This document shows, piece by piece, positions 53,401 to 64,000 of a stretch of 64,000 nt of DNA. Under the pieces are notes generated by a model that was not told the origin of the DNA, ran no database searches, and worked only from the letters and a program-made list of their open reading frames with translations. Origin of the DNA: Ptychomitrium polyphyllum (lineage: Eukaryota); assembly GCA_973851085.1 (NCBI GenBank), contig OZ316775.1, forward strand, positions 3,038,001 through 3,102,000, in the 5' to 3' direction. The translations under genes and the position numbers were made by a program. Position 1 is the stretch's first letter. Every line of letters starts with the position of its first letter.

Positions 53401-54469
53401 ATTTTAATTTTTTAAAAAGATGATAAGATACAAACAAAGCAATTGGAAAATTGCCTAATTAGCTTGATACAACCTAGTTGATGAGGTATACATCCATTGG
53501 AATCCATATCCATAAGTTGGATTTATTTTCATGATAAAATTTTGGAAATGTGAAAGAAAAATTAAACAAATTGTAAAAAAAAATTAGGTAAAATTTTATA
53601 TTTAATTTATATGTCATATAGATATTGCCTAATTGGTATATAAAGAATACACCAATTTTTAGTATTATCATGAACTACAATAATTGAAAATTATCAAAGT
53701 AATTGTGGAGATATTAGTATATTGTAGCCTTACCTAATATTAAAAAATTAAAATTAAGATCAAAAATGATATTAAAATATTTTCATGATAACAACTTTTT
53801 TGAACAAATAGATAAATTTTATTATATCATTATACTTTTACAAATTTTATAAGTTATATAGTGGGATTGATATAAGAATTGGTACAAAAACTCATATTGA
53901 TATTGGATCTCATAATAATAGTGTTAATTGATGAAATCAAATTTTAAGGTGGTTCTAAGGCAAAATGAGTAGTAATAGTCATAAAACAATTTGTTCTAAA
54001 ACTTTATTAATATCTACCATCAACCTACATAAGAATTCCAATTGGACAAGCATTTGATGAACATCTTTAGGTTATTGTCTCAAAGATGCTTAAAAGATTT
54101 CTTTCCATTCCACTCTTTTTTTATACCAATTCTATTCTACAATTTGTATGAGAGAGCTTTAAGATAACCTTAAACTACTCAGATGATGGCAAGTTGTACC
54201 CAAAACACCATTATACAACCACCGGTAGTGATTGGCAATACAATTTCTTGCCACAAAATATCCACCTTATTTCATGGGATCCTATCATAGAATAAAGATG
54301 CCCCGTTGTTCCAAAATAAAGAAAGGAAAAAGAAACTTTGTAAGAGACCATGAGGGAAAAAGATGTCGCTGTCGTCGAGCATAACGCCATTGAAACTGCC
54401 TGCTTGTGACTTCCGACACACATATACGCATTCACACTTGCATTGGACTTGTGGGGCCTAGATTGTTAG

Positions 54470-57400
54470 CTTCGTGGAAACTGCAGCATGCACGGCCATG
54501 CAGACGATGGAATGTTGCGGATTGTTGGTGGGATTTGATACAGGTTTGGGCATGGCCAGATGAAGTTCTGTCCTTGAAGTGACACAATTTCAAACATGGA
54601 TATTTCCATCTGCTCTGCGTGTCACATGGTTAGGATGTTAAAACTTGCTCATTGTGCTTTTTGTGGTGGCTAGATGAAGTTTTCCTTGACGTTGACGAAG
54701 AAGCTGATGGCGACAAAGAGCGCAGGAGATGCTGTCAATGTGTGGCTGCCTCTGTCAATGCCAGCTCCACCTGATGGAAAACCGTCGTGATTCCTGCACG
54801 AAACCCGAGGAGCATTCACTTCCTGCTCTCGCTCTGCCGGCGTTGCACGCAATTTTTCTTGGACTCCAATAACCCAGTTCTTGAACAAGAACACGCAACT
54901 CCATGCCGAGGTGCACGACGTTCCACTCAGACCGAAGATACTCAAGGTAATCCATGACCAGCACTAACATATACGAACCCCAATTTTTAACCTATTCAAA
55001 CCCATCGTGATATGCATTGTAATTTGCTCATTACATGCCATTGCTCTGTTTCAGGAACACGGTGCAGGTGGGAGATTGGGAGAGAAAATCGCCACCTACT
55101 TGATGTCTCGGAAGAAATTCGTGTGGACGTGGCCATGCTTGCCTACAGTAGCAGCAGAATTTTTCACCGACAAAAGCATCAATAAAAGATGGCTTAGCCT
55201 AATGCGCTAGTGTCGCATTTTGACAGTTGGTACGCGACTGAAGTTCGTTGTTCTCATGGTTTCGTTGATAACGTCTCTCGGTTTAGACAGTGACAAGGAT
55301 TACTTTTCAGGCTATCAGTTGATGAACTATTGTTTTGCAGAATGCTCACCGGCGGAGTACTGGAGTACCATACTTTGTGACGAAACTGAACGGTTGTCCT
55401 TATGTCCAATGTTGCAGTTCAGTCCAAGCTCAGCTGATGTGAGTTCCATGTGCTCGTCTCCTTAGAGAAGTCCACGGAAACACGGGAAGTCTTAGTACCT
55501 CTCTCAATCTATGCAAGCTTGGATCGCCACCGCTGTCGCCATGGCACACACATACGAACCCTAATCAGCGTTCATAATGTGTCTCGACTAGGCCCGTCAA
55601 AATCTGCACCGGCATTGCAAGAATTCTCAACTCGACGACTGTTGACCTCGCCAACTCTCTCGTTCCTGCCCAAAATTAATCCAGGTTTAACTTTGAAAAT
55701 TTTAAAGATGTGCGGAACGTTCTGAATTATCTTCCACCTGGAAATGCTTCTCCTCGTCGCATGAGCCTCCAGGCAGTGCCAAAGCCGCCACAGAGATGGA
55801 AAAGAGGGGCGAAAATCGGCAGCGGCTCATTTGGCTGTGTCTAGAAAGGGTGGAATTTGTAAGTACTACTTTTGCTCTTGGATCTTCCGCTTCCATAGTA
55901 TCGCTTCAAATTTCCTACCTTTGCATGTAGTTCATGTACTGTAAATTGAAAACAAATTTTGCTTCGAAGGCAGCGTCGATTGCAGTTTCTTTGCGGTGAA
56001 GGTCAGTGACACCATTCCCCCGAAATACACCAGGTATGACTGAGTCAGCAGGAATGTCGGCCAACATGTGTCGAGGAATGTGTATTTGGATCAAGAAAAT
56101 TGTTTGAGATTTCTTGAAAATTCCTTTCTTGCAACTAATTAATAAGTGTATGGGCCATGACGGGAGGCGGCAATTTTGAGCAGACTTGAGCATCCCAATA
56201 TTATCCAGTACTATAGCACTACAATGGTACTCAGCTCTTTATCATTCAGTATCAAAGCTGAATCAAATGCGGTCCCTTCTACATATTTGTGTCAGAAATA
56301 CACCTCTTTTCTTGGGTATCCATCCAATTTAATTTAATCCTTATCTGTACTATTGTGGTCATTGTACAGAAGAATGGTGGTAGCTGTATACCTTTCTAGC
56401 TTGTGAAAATGGGCTCACTTCATTCAGTCATGAGAAATATTTGAGGCTTTGACAAACTGCTTATCAGTTTGTACATTCAGTGGATCTTGAATGATCTGGA
56501 TTATCTGCATGCCTAATACACAGTTCACAGGCTTTCATCAATATTCTTGTCTCTCATCTGATCCGGTACATGCTCTTGTTTAGGCTAGTTTTGAAGGGGA
56601 AACTAGTCTGTTTTGAAGGGGAAACTAGTCTGTTTTGAAGGGGAAACTAGTCTGTTTTGAAGGGGAAACCAGTCTGTTTTGGGAGAAACAAGCTTAACAT
56701 GTTATTCTACATTTTCAAGGGGCTTTTGGTTGACATCTCTCCTTTACACAGGGAGATCAAGTACACTAACATATGGATAGTGAATCCAGCAGATTCTGGT
56801 CTAGCTAAATAGATTTTTATATTCTTCTTTGCCATGCATGTCACAGAATTGTGGGAAATTGCATGTGTTGATTATGTATACTAATCTTATTTAACCAAAC
56901 CAGAAAAGATTCTGTGGTTTTCTCTCTATATGAAATTTCAGCATGAAATGATGGATATCAATACAGAATTGATTTCAATGAGGAAAGCACTGATGACATA
57001 AAATCTAAAAGTTTTTATCACATGGTCAAATGAAGGAGTCACAAGCGACCTCAATGAAGGTTTCCCCATATACATGGCTCCTGAGGTATTTATTCTATCA
57101 TTAAGTGCTACTTCTGATATTTATTCAGTTGTTGTTGATGTACAGCATGGAAGAAAACCAACATAGCGGTTTGTGTTCATTTTTGGCACTGGAGAAGGTG
57201 TCTGGCAAGTATTGTTATCAGGACAAGACAAACACCTTTGCGGACTAGCAGTGGATATCTGGAGTGTTGGCTGCACTGTGCTTGAAATTGCTGAAGGCAA
57301 GGTTCCATGAAGTGGATTGCATGTAGGGGTGAGTGTGTGTTTACATACTCAGAACTTAGCAGCTTTGCAAAAATTGAATCCCTGACTGTTGCTCCAAAAT

Positions 57401-57570
57401 TATAGGATGATTTAGGTTGCAGTATGAGTTTCTTTTCACTATTACAATATGGAGAGCTTCCACTGAGGGACTCCATTGCTCAGTGTTTGCACACTTATCC
57501 AGAAGATTACCCTAGAGTGAAAGACCTCTTAGTTCATCCATTTGTGGCCTATGCTCCAAGGCCTTTTTGA
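54470..57570 (+). pseudogene. Intron-retaining pseudogene of a MEKK/STE11-type MAPKKK
   Basis: Kinase subdomains in order: WKRGAKIGSGSFGCV*KGWN (55797-55858), FFAVK (~55987), ILSRLEHPNIIQYY (~56173), LVKMGSL...LDYLHA*YTVHR (56390-56530), REIK..NI..ADSGLAK (~56750), YMAPE (~57071), VDIWSVGCTVLEIAEGKVP* (~57251) and LLVHPFV (~57526). Multiple stops, frameshifts and a broken acceptor. The 5' boundary is approximate. Confidence 0.9.
56588..56681. repeat. 22-bp minisatellite, ~4 copies, in an intron of the kinase pseudogene
   Basis: Unit gttttgaaggggaaactagtct. Confidence 0.95.
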
Positions 57571-60500
57571 GCTTCAATTCTTGTTCATGACTAGCCCTGT
57601 AAGATTTCCCATCCTCTTTATTCCAAGTGACCTATACAAAAATGTTAGAAACATAGGCATTTGATCTACAAAGTATTGATCCTGAGTCCCATTGCTCATG
57701 CTCATCAGAAGCTTAGAAATGTTGACTGTTTTTGTACAGATAGATTACAGCACTGTTGAAAGTCAGATTTTTATCAGCTACCAGTTTCAAATTCTCCCAT
57801 ACCACATGTGTGATCTTGCAAGTATATCTAATCACTGTTGAGCCATTCCAAGCTTGATGACCAAATTTTTTACAGTTTCTGGGCAGCAACCCATCAAAAT
57901 TTGGAATTGATCACTCCCCAAACTAACAAGCTGATATCAGATGAAGGGCTACCTTTGCCACAAGGTATATTGTAAATAATTACACTCCTCGATGAGTGTA
58001 TATGGATGTCAGATGAGGGAGGCTATGGAAGCCAAGTACTAATTCAAAATCTACTTAGTTTAGAGGAGGAATATGCTTCCAGCTTCTGAAAGCCTCATTG
58101 TTTGTGAGCTATTGTTATATCCTGGAAGTATCTGAAGTCAACAGGTGGCTAAGTATGAAGTGCTTGGGCAGAAGGATGACACTTGCTTATATGATAGGGC
58201 TGCACATTGGAGAGTCCAAGCCTAACTCAACACATGTTCAAACATTCAGGTGAGTGATTTGATTGAAACATGCCCTTCATGAGTGCCTTTGTTTGGTCTC
58301 ATTGCAAAGCCAAATGGTTCCATAGTTTGTGTATTTAACAATTGCTATGTGATAGCTTCTTCACACTCCTAGAGGAAAGTTGTTCGTTCTTGAGAGGTTG
58401 CAAATTAGAGCTCAGAGGCCCCTGTAACTAGGTGTTGTTCATTCAAAGTCTAAACAGCTAAAGAACATGATAACTATATTCATGTTTGATGATTCAGAAA
58501 TTATTTTGATGAATGTAAATCACAATGTTTTGACACTAACTTCCACATCTATAATTCAGAAATTCATTCAATAATTGGGTCCTTGAATCTGGACAAATTT
58601 GCAACTGGACACAAAGAAGTGCAGTTCCACTGCTACATCACTAGAATAAAGTTAGTCTGTAATGTTTGTTGCATGTTATCACTCGTTCTAGGGTTCACAA
58701 CAAACTTTGTTCTGCCTGCCAGTGGAAATTTTCTGAGCAATTGTATTGTGGCACATGACTCTCCCTTCAGTGGACTTGCACATCTGAACTCAAGAACAGG
58801 TATTCACTCACAACATAATCCAGAACACCTAGGCAAATTGTAATACCTAATGTCATGTTTTTTTAGATTAAGATTAGTGTGCAAGGAGCAACATTATCTT
58901 TGATCTTCATCATGATAAAATTGTCACCCCATTGAAATCCATGAGAATTTCTCATTTTGTAGTAATGATGCACATGTACTGTATCAACAAGTTCCACATC
59001 AACCTGCACATGACCATCCAGCTTCCATGTCTATGTCATGTCATTGCAGGTACTGTTTACCAGTTCATGAAACTCCAGTATCAGCTGTACACATTCAATT
59101 TGGGAGTGGTCAGGAGTCCTTGAAGCCAACCCAACTGTTTCTTTCAGTGCTCCATACCCATTGAAGCTTCATCTACCCTGATCTAAATATGATTGTTGTA
59201 AAATGATATGCAAGAGCTTCAGTTACAAACACTGTACTATGCTCGTCTCACTTGGCCCTTCCCACCTGGCACCAAGAATCAAACCAAAATCACCAGTTTG
59301 AAATAAAATCTGCCAAGAGGACATCACTCCACTATCCTCTATAACCGCCAAATCTTCTCATTCATCCAGGACTCCAGACCTTTCATACGTTATTCAAGGG
59401 TGTCCCAGGCACATTGGATTCATCAATTAAGTTCAACAGATGTCACATACTGTAAAACCATTGAGTCATTTAGTGCATAGTGTGCAACAAAGTTATACAC
59501 CAGCACACTTGACATCCCTTCAACAATTATTCATTATGCATATAACTCATCACATACATCACCAAATAGTTGAACATGCTATGTCTCTATTAGTTAAATA
59601 AATTTGGGGTGTGCAGTCATTTAGTTAAACTTTCATGTGAGCTCCAAATATTTTTAGTGGCTAAGTAGCCACTTCAAGAGTATGATATTAAGGCTGCATT
59701 CTACAGGCCAGATTTGACATGAACCTGTAGAGGTGGTGTGGAGAACGAGAGGTATATTCAGTAACACAGAAATCATCAATCTGACACAAGATTCACATCA
59801 CAACCACCTCATCTTCAACTGATGCATTGTTACTGCAGCTTAATGTACGAGTTACACTCATGAAATTTGAAGGTCTATTGCATTCAGTAAAATCAATAAC
59901 CTTATTGAACTGATATATTCATCATGTTTTGCAATCACACATAAAATTTGGCAATTACCTTAAACCACAGTATCATTGTTCCAAAGTGCACATGATGCTA
60001 ACAGGAGTTAGTTGGGTCTGGTAAGAGAGGTCCAAGAGTTCATGATTCCTTTAAAGCTGATTTTCTTAAATGAAGATTGTGTGCACCTGCAGTAGTTTGA
60101 GCCATCTGTAATCAATGTATTCTTGTGTCACCTGTAATAATACAGACACTAAAATCTGTAGCTTGTATTCTCTCTTCATGTGTCACCTGCATGTAAAGTT
60201 TACCTGAGTTGGTTTGGATACACCGAGCTGCAAACACTAACCTCAAATGCCATTGGTAAGTTTTTTTGACTACTCAGTCTCCCACACCGCACTGATATTT
60301 TTGACAAAATTGAAACCATTTTCCTATCAACCTGGAAGGGAAGGAAAACGCTTGTAATAAGTTAAACTCTAGTAATTTGCACTGGGCTCATGATGTACCA
60401 CTCAGGCAGCCACATGAGAGCATGACAGTGATGGATGGCTGAATTGCGGGCCATTACAAAGCCTGCTTTCCTGGCAATGAATGAAAGTACCAGCCCAGCA

Positions 60501-61503
60501 CAAGACTTCTCCTAACTGCAGCCATGAGTTCCCCACCAATAGCACACCAGCTCTGACAGTGCAATTCATAATGGTGGGAATTCAAGAGGCAAGTTGTGTC
60601 ATGGCTTCCTTACTATTTCCTTTTCAGTCTTATTGCTTTCATACTCCTTGCTGTGAGTTGGGTTGTGAGGATGTCATGATCTACGTGTCTACTGTAAAGG
60701 CCTTTGCACATTCATGTGTCCCAGGCCGACATAAACTCCTACTTCTTGTGTTCTGCATACTCAAAAGTTAATCACAAGCAAGTTGTGTGAAACTCTAACA
60801 TCAAGTGAAACTCTACAATATCTTTAAAATGGTATTTAGAGTCAAACTAATAAAAGGAATCTTCCATGATACTAAATATAAATTGTCAAGTGAACTTCTA
60901 GCCATGAATGCATGTGAAGGTTTAGTGCAATGCTTGGCATGAAGCCTGTTTTGAGGTGCCACGCCCTTATTCTAGTGTCTGAAGTGGAAGCTCCGGTATA
61001 TTGTAATTGTAAACTGGAAGCTTTTGTAATGTAACTTGTTTCAAATTTTTCCAACCCACCTTTTCTAGAACCAGAAAAAAGGTATGTAACGTCTTTCTTT
61101 TGGCTTGGAAGGAAACCATCCATGCTCACATGGCTGGGAGGAATCACAGTTTCTTGAGTGCTATAGCCATCACAGAGATGAGACTATGAGTGATGAGTTT
61201 AGTTCTATCCTGAGTAAAACAAGGTTTTCTGTGGGGGGTTTGTATTTGCAGGGGTGGAAGCTGGAGCCTCTCTTCAGTCGTTGTATTCCTTTTTTCATGC
61301 TGTAAGCACTGGCTTCCAAAGGAAAGAAAAAAACACACAAACGTAATTATTAAAAAAAAATAGAGAAAAAGGAATAATAATTCTTTAAAAATTAAGATTC
61401 AGAATATCATAATACCGAAATTATTATTTATTTTATTTACATTTCATTATTGGACCAAAAAAATTAGATTATATAACGTGCAAGTTGATAATGTTAAAGG
61501 AAG

Positions 61504-61546
61504 GAAGTTTTGGAGCACAGAAGTTTTGGAGCACAGAAGTTTTGGA
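61504..61546. repeat. 16-bp tandem repeat, ~2.7 copies
   Basis: Unit gaagttttggagcaca. Confidence 0.9.
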
Positions 61547-64000
61547 ACCGAATCTCCATGTCACTTCCAAATATATCAGAGCGAATCATTCAATGACATG
61601 GGAGTTCTGGTGAAGTTTTGATTTTCTTTTGTACAAGACTGATTTCCACGTAAGGTAATTTTAGATGCCCGTGGCAGAAAACGAGAGCCTGCGTGTAGCT
61701 CACATTAAACTTTAACCCCAGTTAGAACTTGACCAGGTGCCTGTGCAGGAGCAGGCCCTCATTCACCGTAGAGGTCTGATTCTGAAGTGGAGACAAAAAG
61801 AGTTAAAGAAGCAAACCGTTCTTACTATATTTGGGATGAGCTTTATCTCAGCACATGAACACAGACCCAAAGGGTAGAAAAGTCCAGCCTCCTCCTAGAT
61901 ATGGGTTTGGTTTCTGCAAATAGCCTGGATTTAATTGCAGTTCCTGAAAACAAACCGAATTTGTATGTGCACCAGAGAGATGGTACATAGATTGATGACT
62001 CGCCCACCTTCTTCTGACTCAGGTCTATGTTATCCTTTTACACCTTTCTCTGCCCTTCATGATACTATCAGCCAGGCCCCCTCTATCCTTCCATAAAGTG
62101 TATACTTCTGCTGCTTTTCTATTCCATTCAATTTTCTGGACCTCAATTTTGTGCGGTCCATTCTCATCATTCCTACCCAGGTAAATATCATCGCTAATTT
62201 AAAATTGTATTTAATACCATCAATTCTAAATATGATATTAAATCTTGCCAAGATACTATATCTAAACCACTCACCTAGCATCGCTACCAATAAATGTTGA
62301 TAAACTTTTGATTGGAACAACAAAACATTCTACAGATCATTCATGAAAAATGTCATCTAAAAAATAATTCATTATGATACTAAATGCCATATGATACTAA
62401 TTATAAACTTGGTGCACATAATAACTTTTAGCTAAATGATGTTGCACTATAATGAACAACACTTAAATAGTACGGCTGAGCTTCTTTAAAGTTTACGTCT
62501 TTAAATGTTATAATGCCTTAGTTCTTCTCTTTTTAATATTCTTAAAAAACATACACTTTCAAATGTTTTATATTAAATTATATATGGCTTAAGAGAATCT
62601 ATGATCTCTCCTTTGTAATTCCACCCTTGATAAATGTGACTTTATAAATTTTTACTAATATATAATATTTGTATTAATATATATTATATACAAATAGTCA
62701 TTTGTATGTGCAATTACATGAAAATGAATAAATTTAGAATTAAGACTTAGCAAAGCTTTAAATTTAGTGCATTCACCAAAGAACTATTGATAAGTATTTT
62801 CCAATAGTATAATTACTAATGTAATAGTTTTTTAATCATTATGTTATTCCATACTTACTACTTATCATTGATGATTGTTATTTTTGCAACTTTCACCCTT
62901 GATAAATGTTATTGACACAAATGCAATTTTATAAAAATCGACCTTCTTCATTTGTTATGTGCTATATTTTTTTAAATGTTAATTTTTCATGCTCTAGAAG
63001 CCTAACAATTAAGGAAGGGTGATTATATTCCATTCATTCTTTAAACGTTAAATTTCATTCAACATTAAGTAAACTAAAAATCCAATCAAAACGTTCCATT
63101 ATATTAATAGTATAGGTTCATTTTGCTAAAATTGTTATGCACACGTGACAAGTGGGATTTCAAAAAAGAATATAATAGCCACAAAAAAATGTTGTTATCA
63201 ACAATTTATTTTCATAAAAATCATTTAAATAAGAATTAAATTCTATTTGTTATCACTTATTTCCATTCTAGAACTTGTAGTTAAATGATTTCATAATATG
63301 TAGCTTAAGTATATGTAGCTTGCCTAAAACATTATTTCATTGATAGCAACAAAATTGTATAAAAATATTCATATTCAAAAAACAAAGGATGTGGATGAAT
63401 TTCTAATGTGAAGGCCTAATGAATAATGATCATTCTTCTCTTCTATATATTCCCAAAAAAAAAAAGGAGGTTTTTGAATCCAAGTTCTTATCAAAGTTTC
63501 AAAGATACTATATAAAATTAAAACCTACTAATACCTTGCAACTAATGACTTAATTTGTTACAATTTTACTTCAAACTATTAGATTGAGCTTAGATTTCTA
63601 CAACATGTATTAAACTCTTTTGAATCTTTTGAATTTTTTTTGCTTAATTGGAAATGTAATACAAAATTTATGCTTATTAAAAGGTAAAAACATTAAAAAA
63701 CATACAATTGAGGTTAATTTATACCTCCAACTCATTTCAACTATGTCTTTTCAAATGACTTTTTATTTTTGCTTCCAACTAATTAGTTTGTTATGATTCT
63801 TGATTTACCCATTGGATTGAGCTAAAAATTTATTAGAGTTTCCAATGAAACTCTTCAACATCAATAAACTTTGTTATAAAATCCTTATAGTTGTCATAAG
63901 TTGGGAACATGAAAAACATAGAGTTGAAGTTAGTTGAGGATATCTCATGGGGAGTAGGTTTGTCCCTTGAGGCTTCACATTATGAGCAGGGAAGCTTGTC

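Noticed and set aside
51650..54200. Short ORFs in extremely AT-rich DNA (also 6.2-9.3, 26.2-28.5, 43.9-45.9 and 62.1-63.8 kb)
   Set aside because: F/I/K/N/Y-biased translations typical of random AT-rich or decayed transposon sequence.

Overview
Eukaryotic plant nuclear DNA with GT-AG introns and AT-rich, transposon-littered intergenic regions. Gene style and LTR families suggest a moss; this is an inference, not a database match. From left to right: (1) nested, decayed LTR retroelements at 1-6.1 kb (a Ty1/copia pol remnant, a Ty3/gypsy gag remnant with its LTR) and a solo LTR at 14 kb; (2) a 6-exon KORRIGAN-type membrane endo-1,4-beta-glucanase (GH9A, minus); (3) a 14-exon PPR+CBS protein (At5g10690-like, plus); (4) a 5-exon plastid-type membrane/Zn-ribbon protein (At2g44870-like, plus); (5) a phenylalanine ammonia-lyase with an intronless CDS (minus); (6) a 6-exon coiled-coil gene I cannot assign (plus); (7) an intron-retaining MEKK-type MAPKKK pseudogene with an unrecognised N-terminal region; and several minisatellites. 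The most notable observation is that the two unrelated neighbours, PPR-CBS and At2g44870-like, share a homologous 5' module: leader exon, both ends of a 5'UTR intron, start codon and the first part of the putative transit peptide. One gene appears to have acquired its leader and targeting N-terminus by local partial duplication from the other. All exon models were derived by hand and checked for phase consistency; no searches were run.
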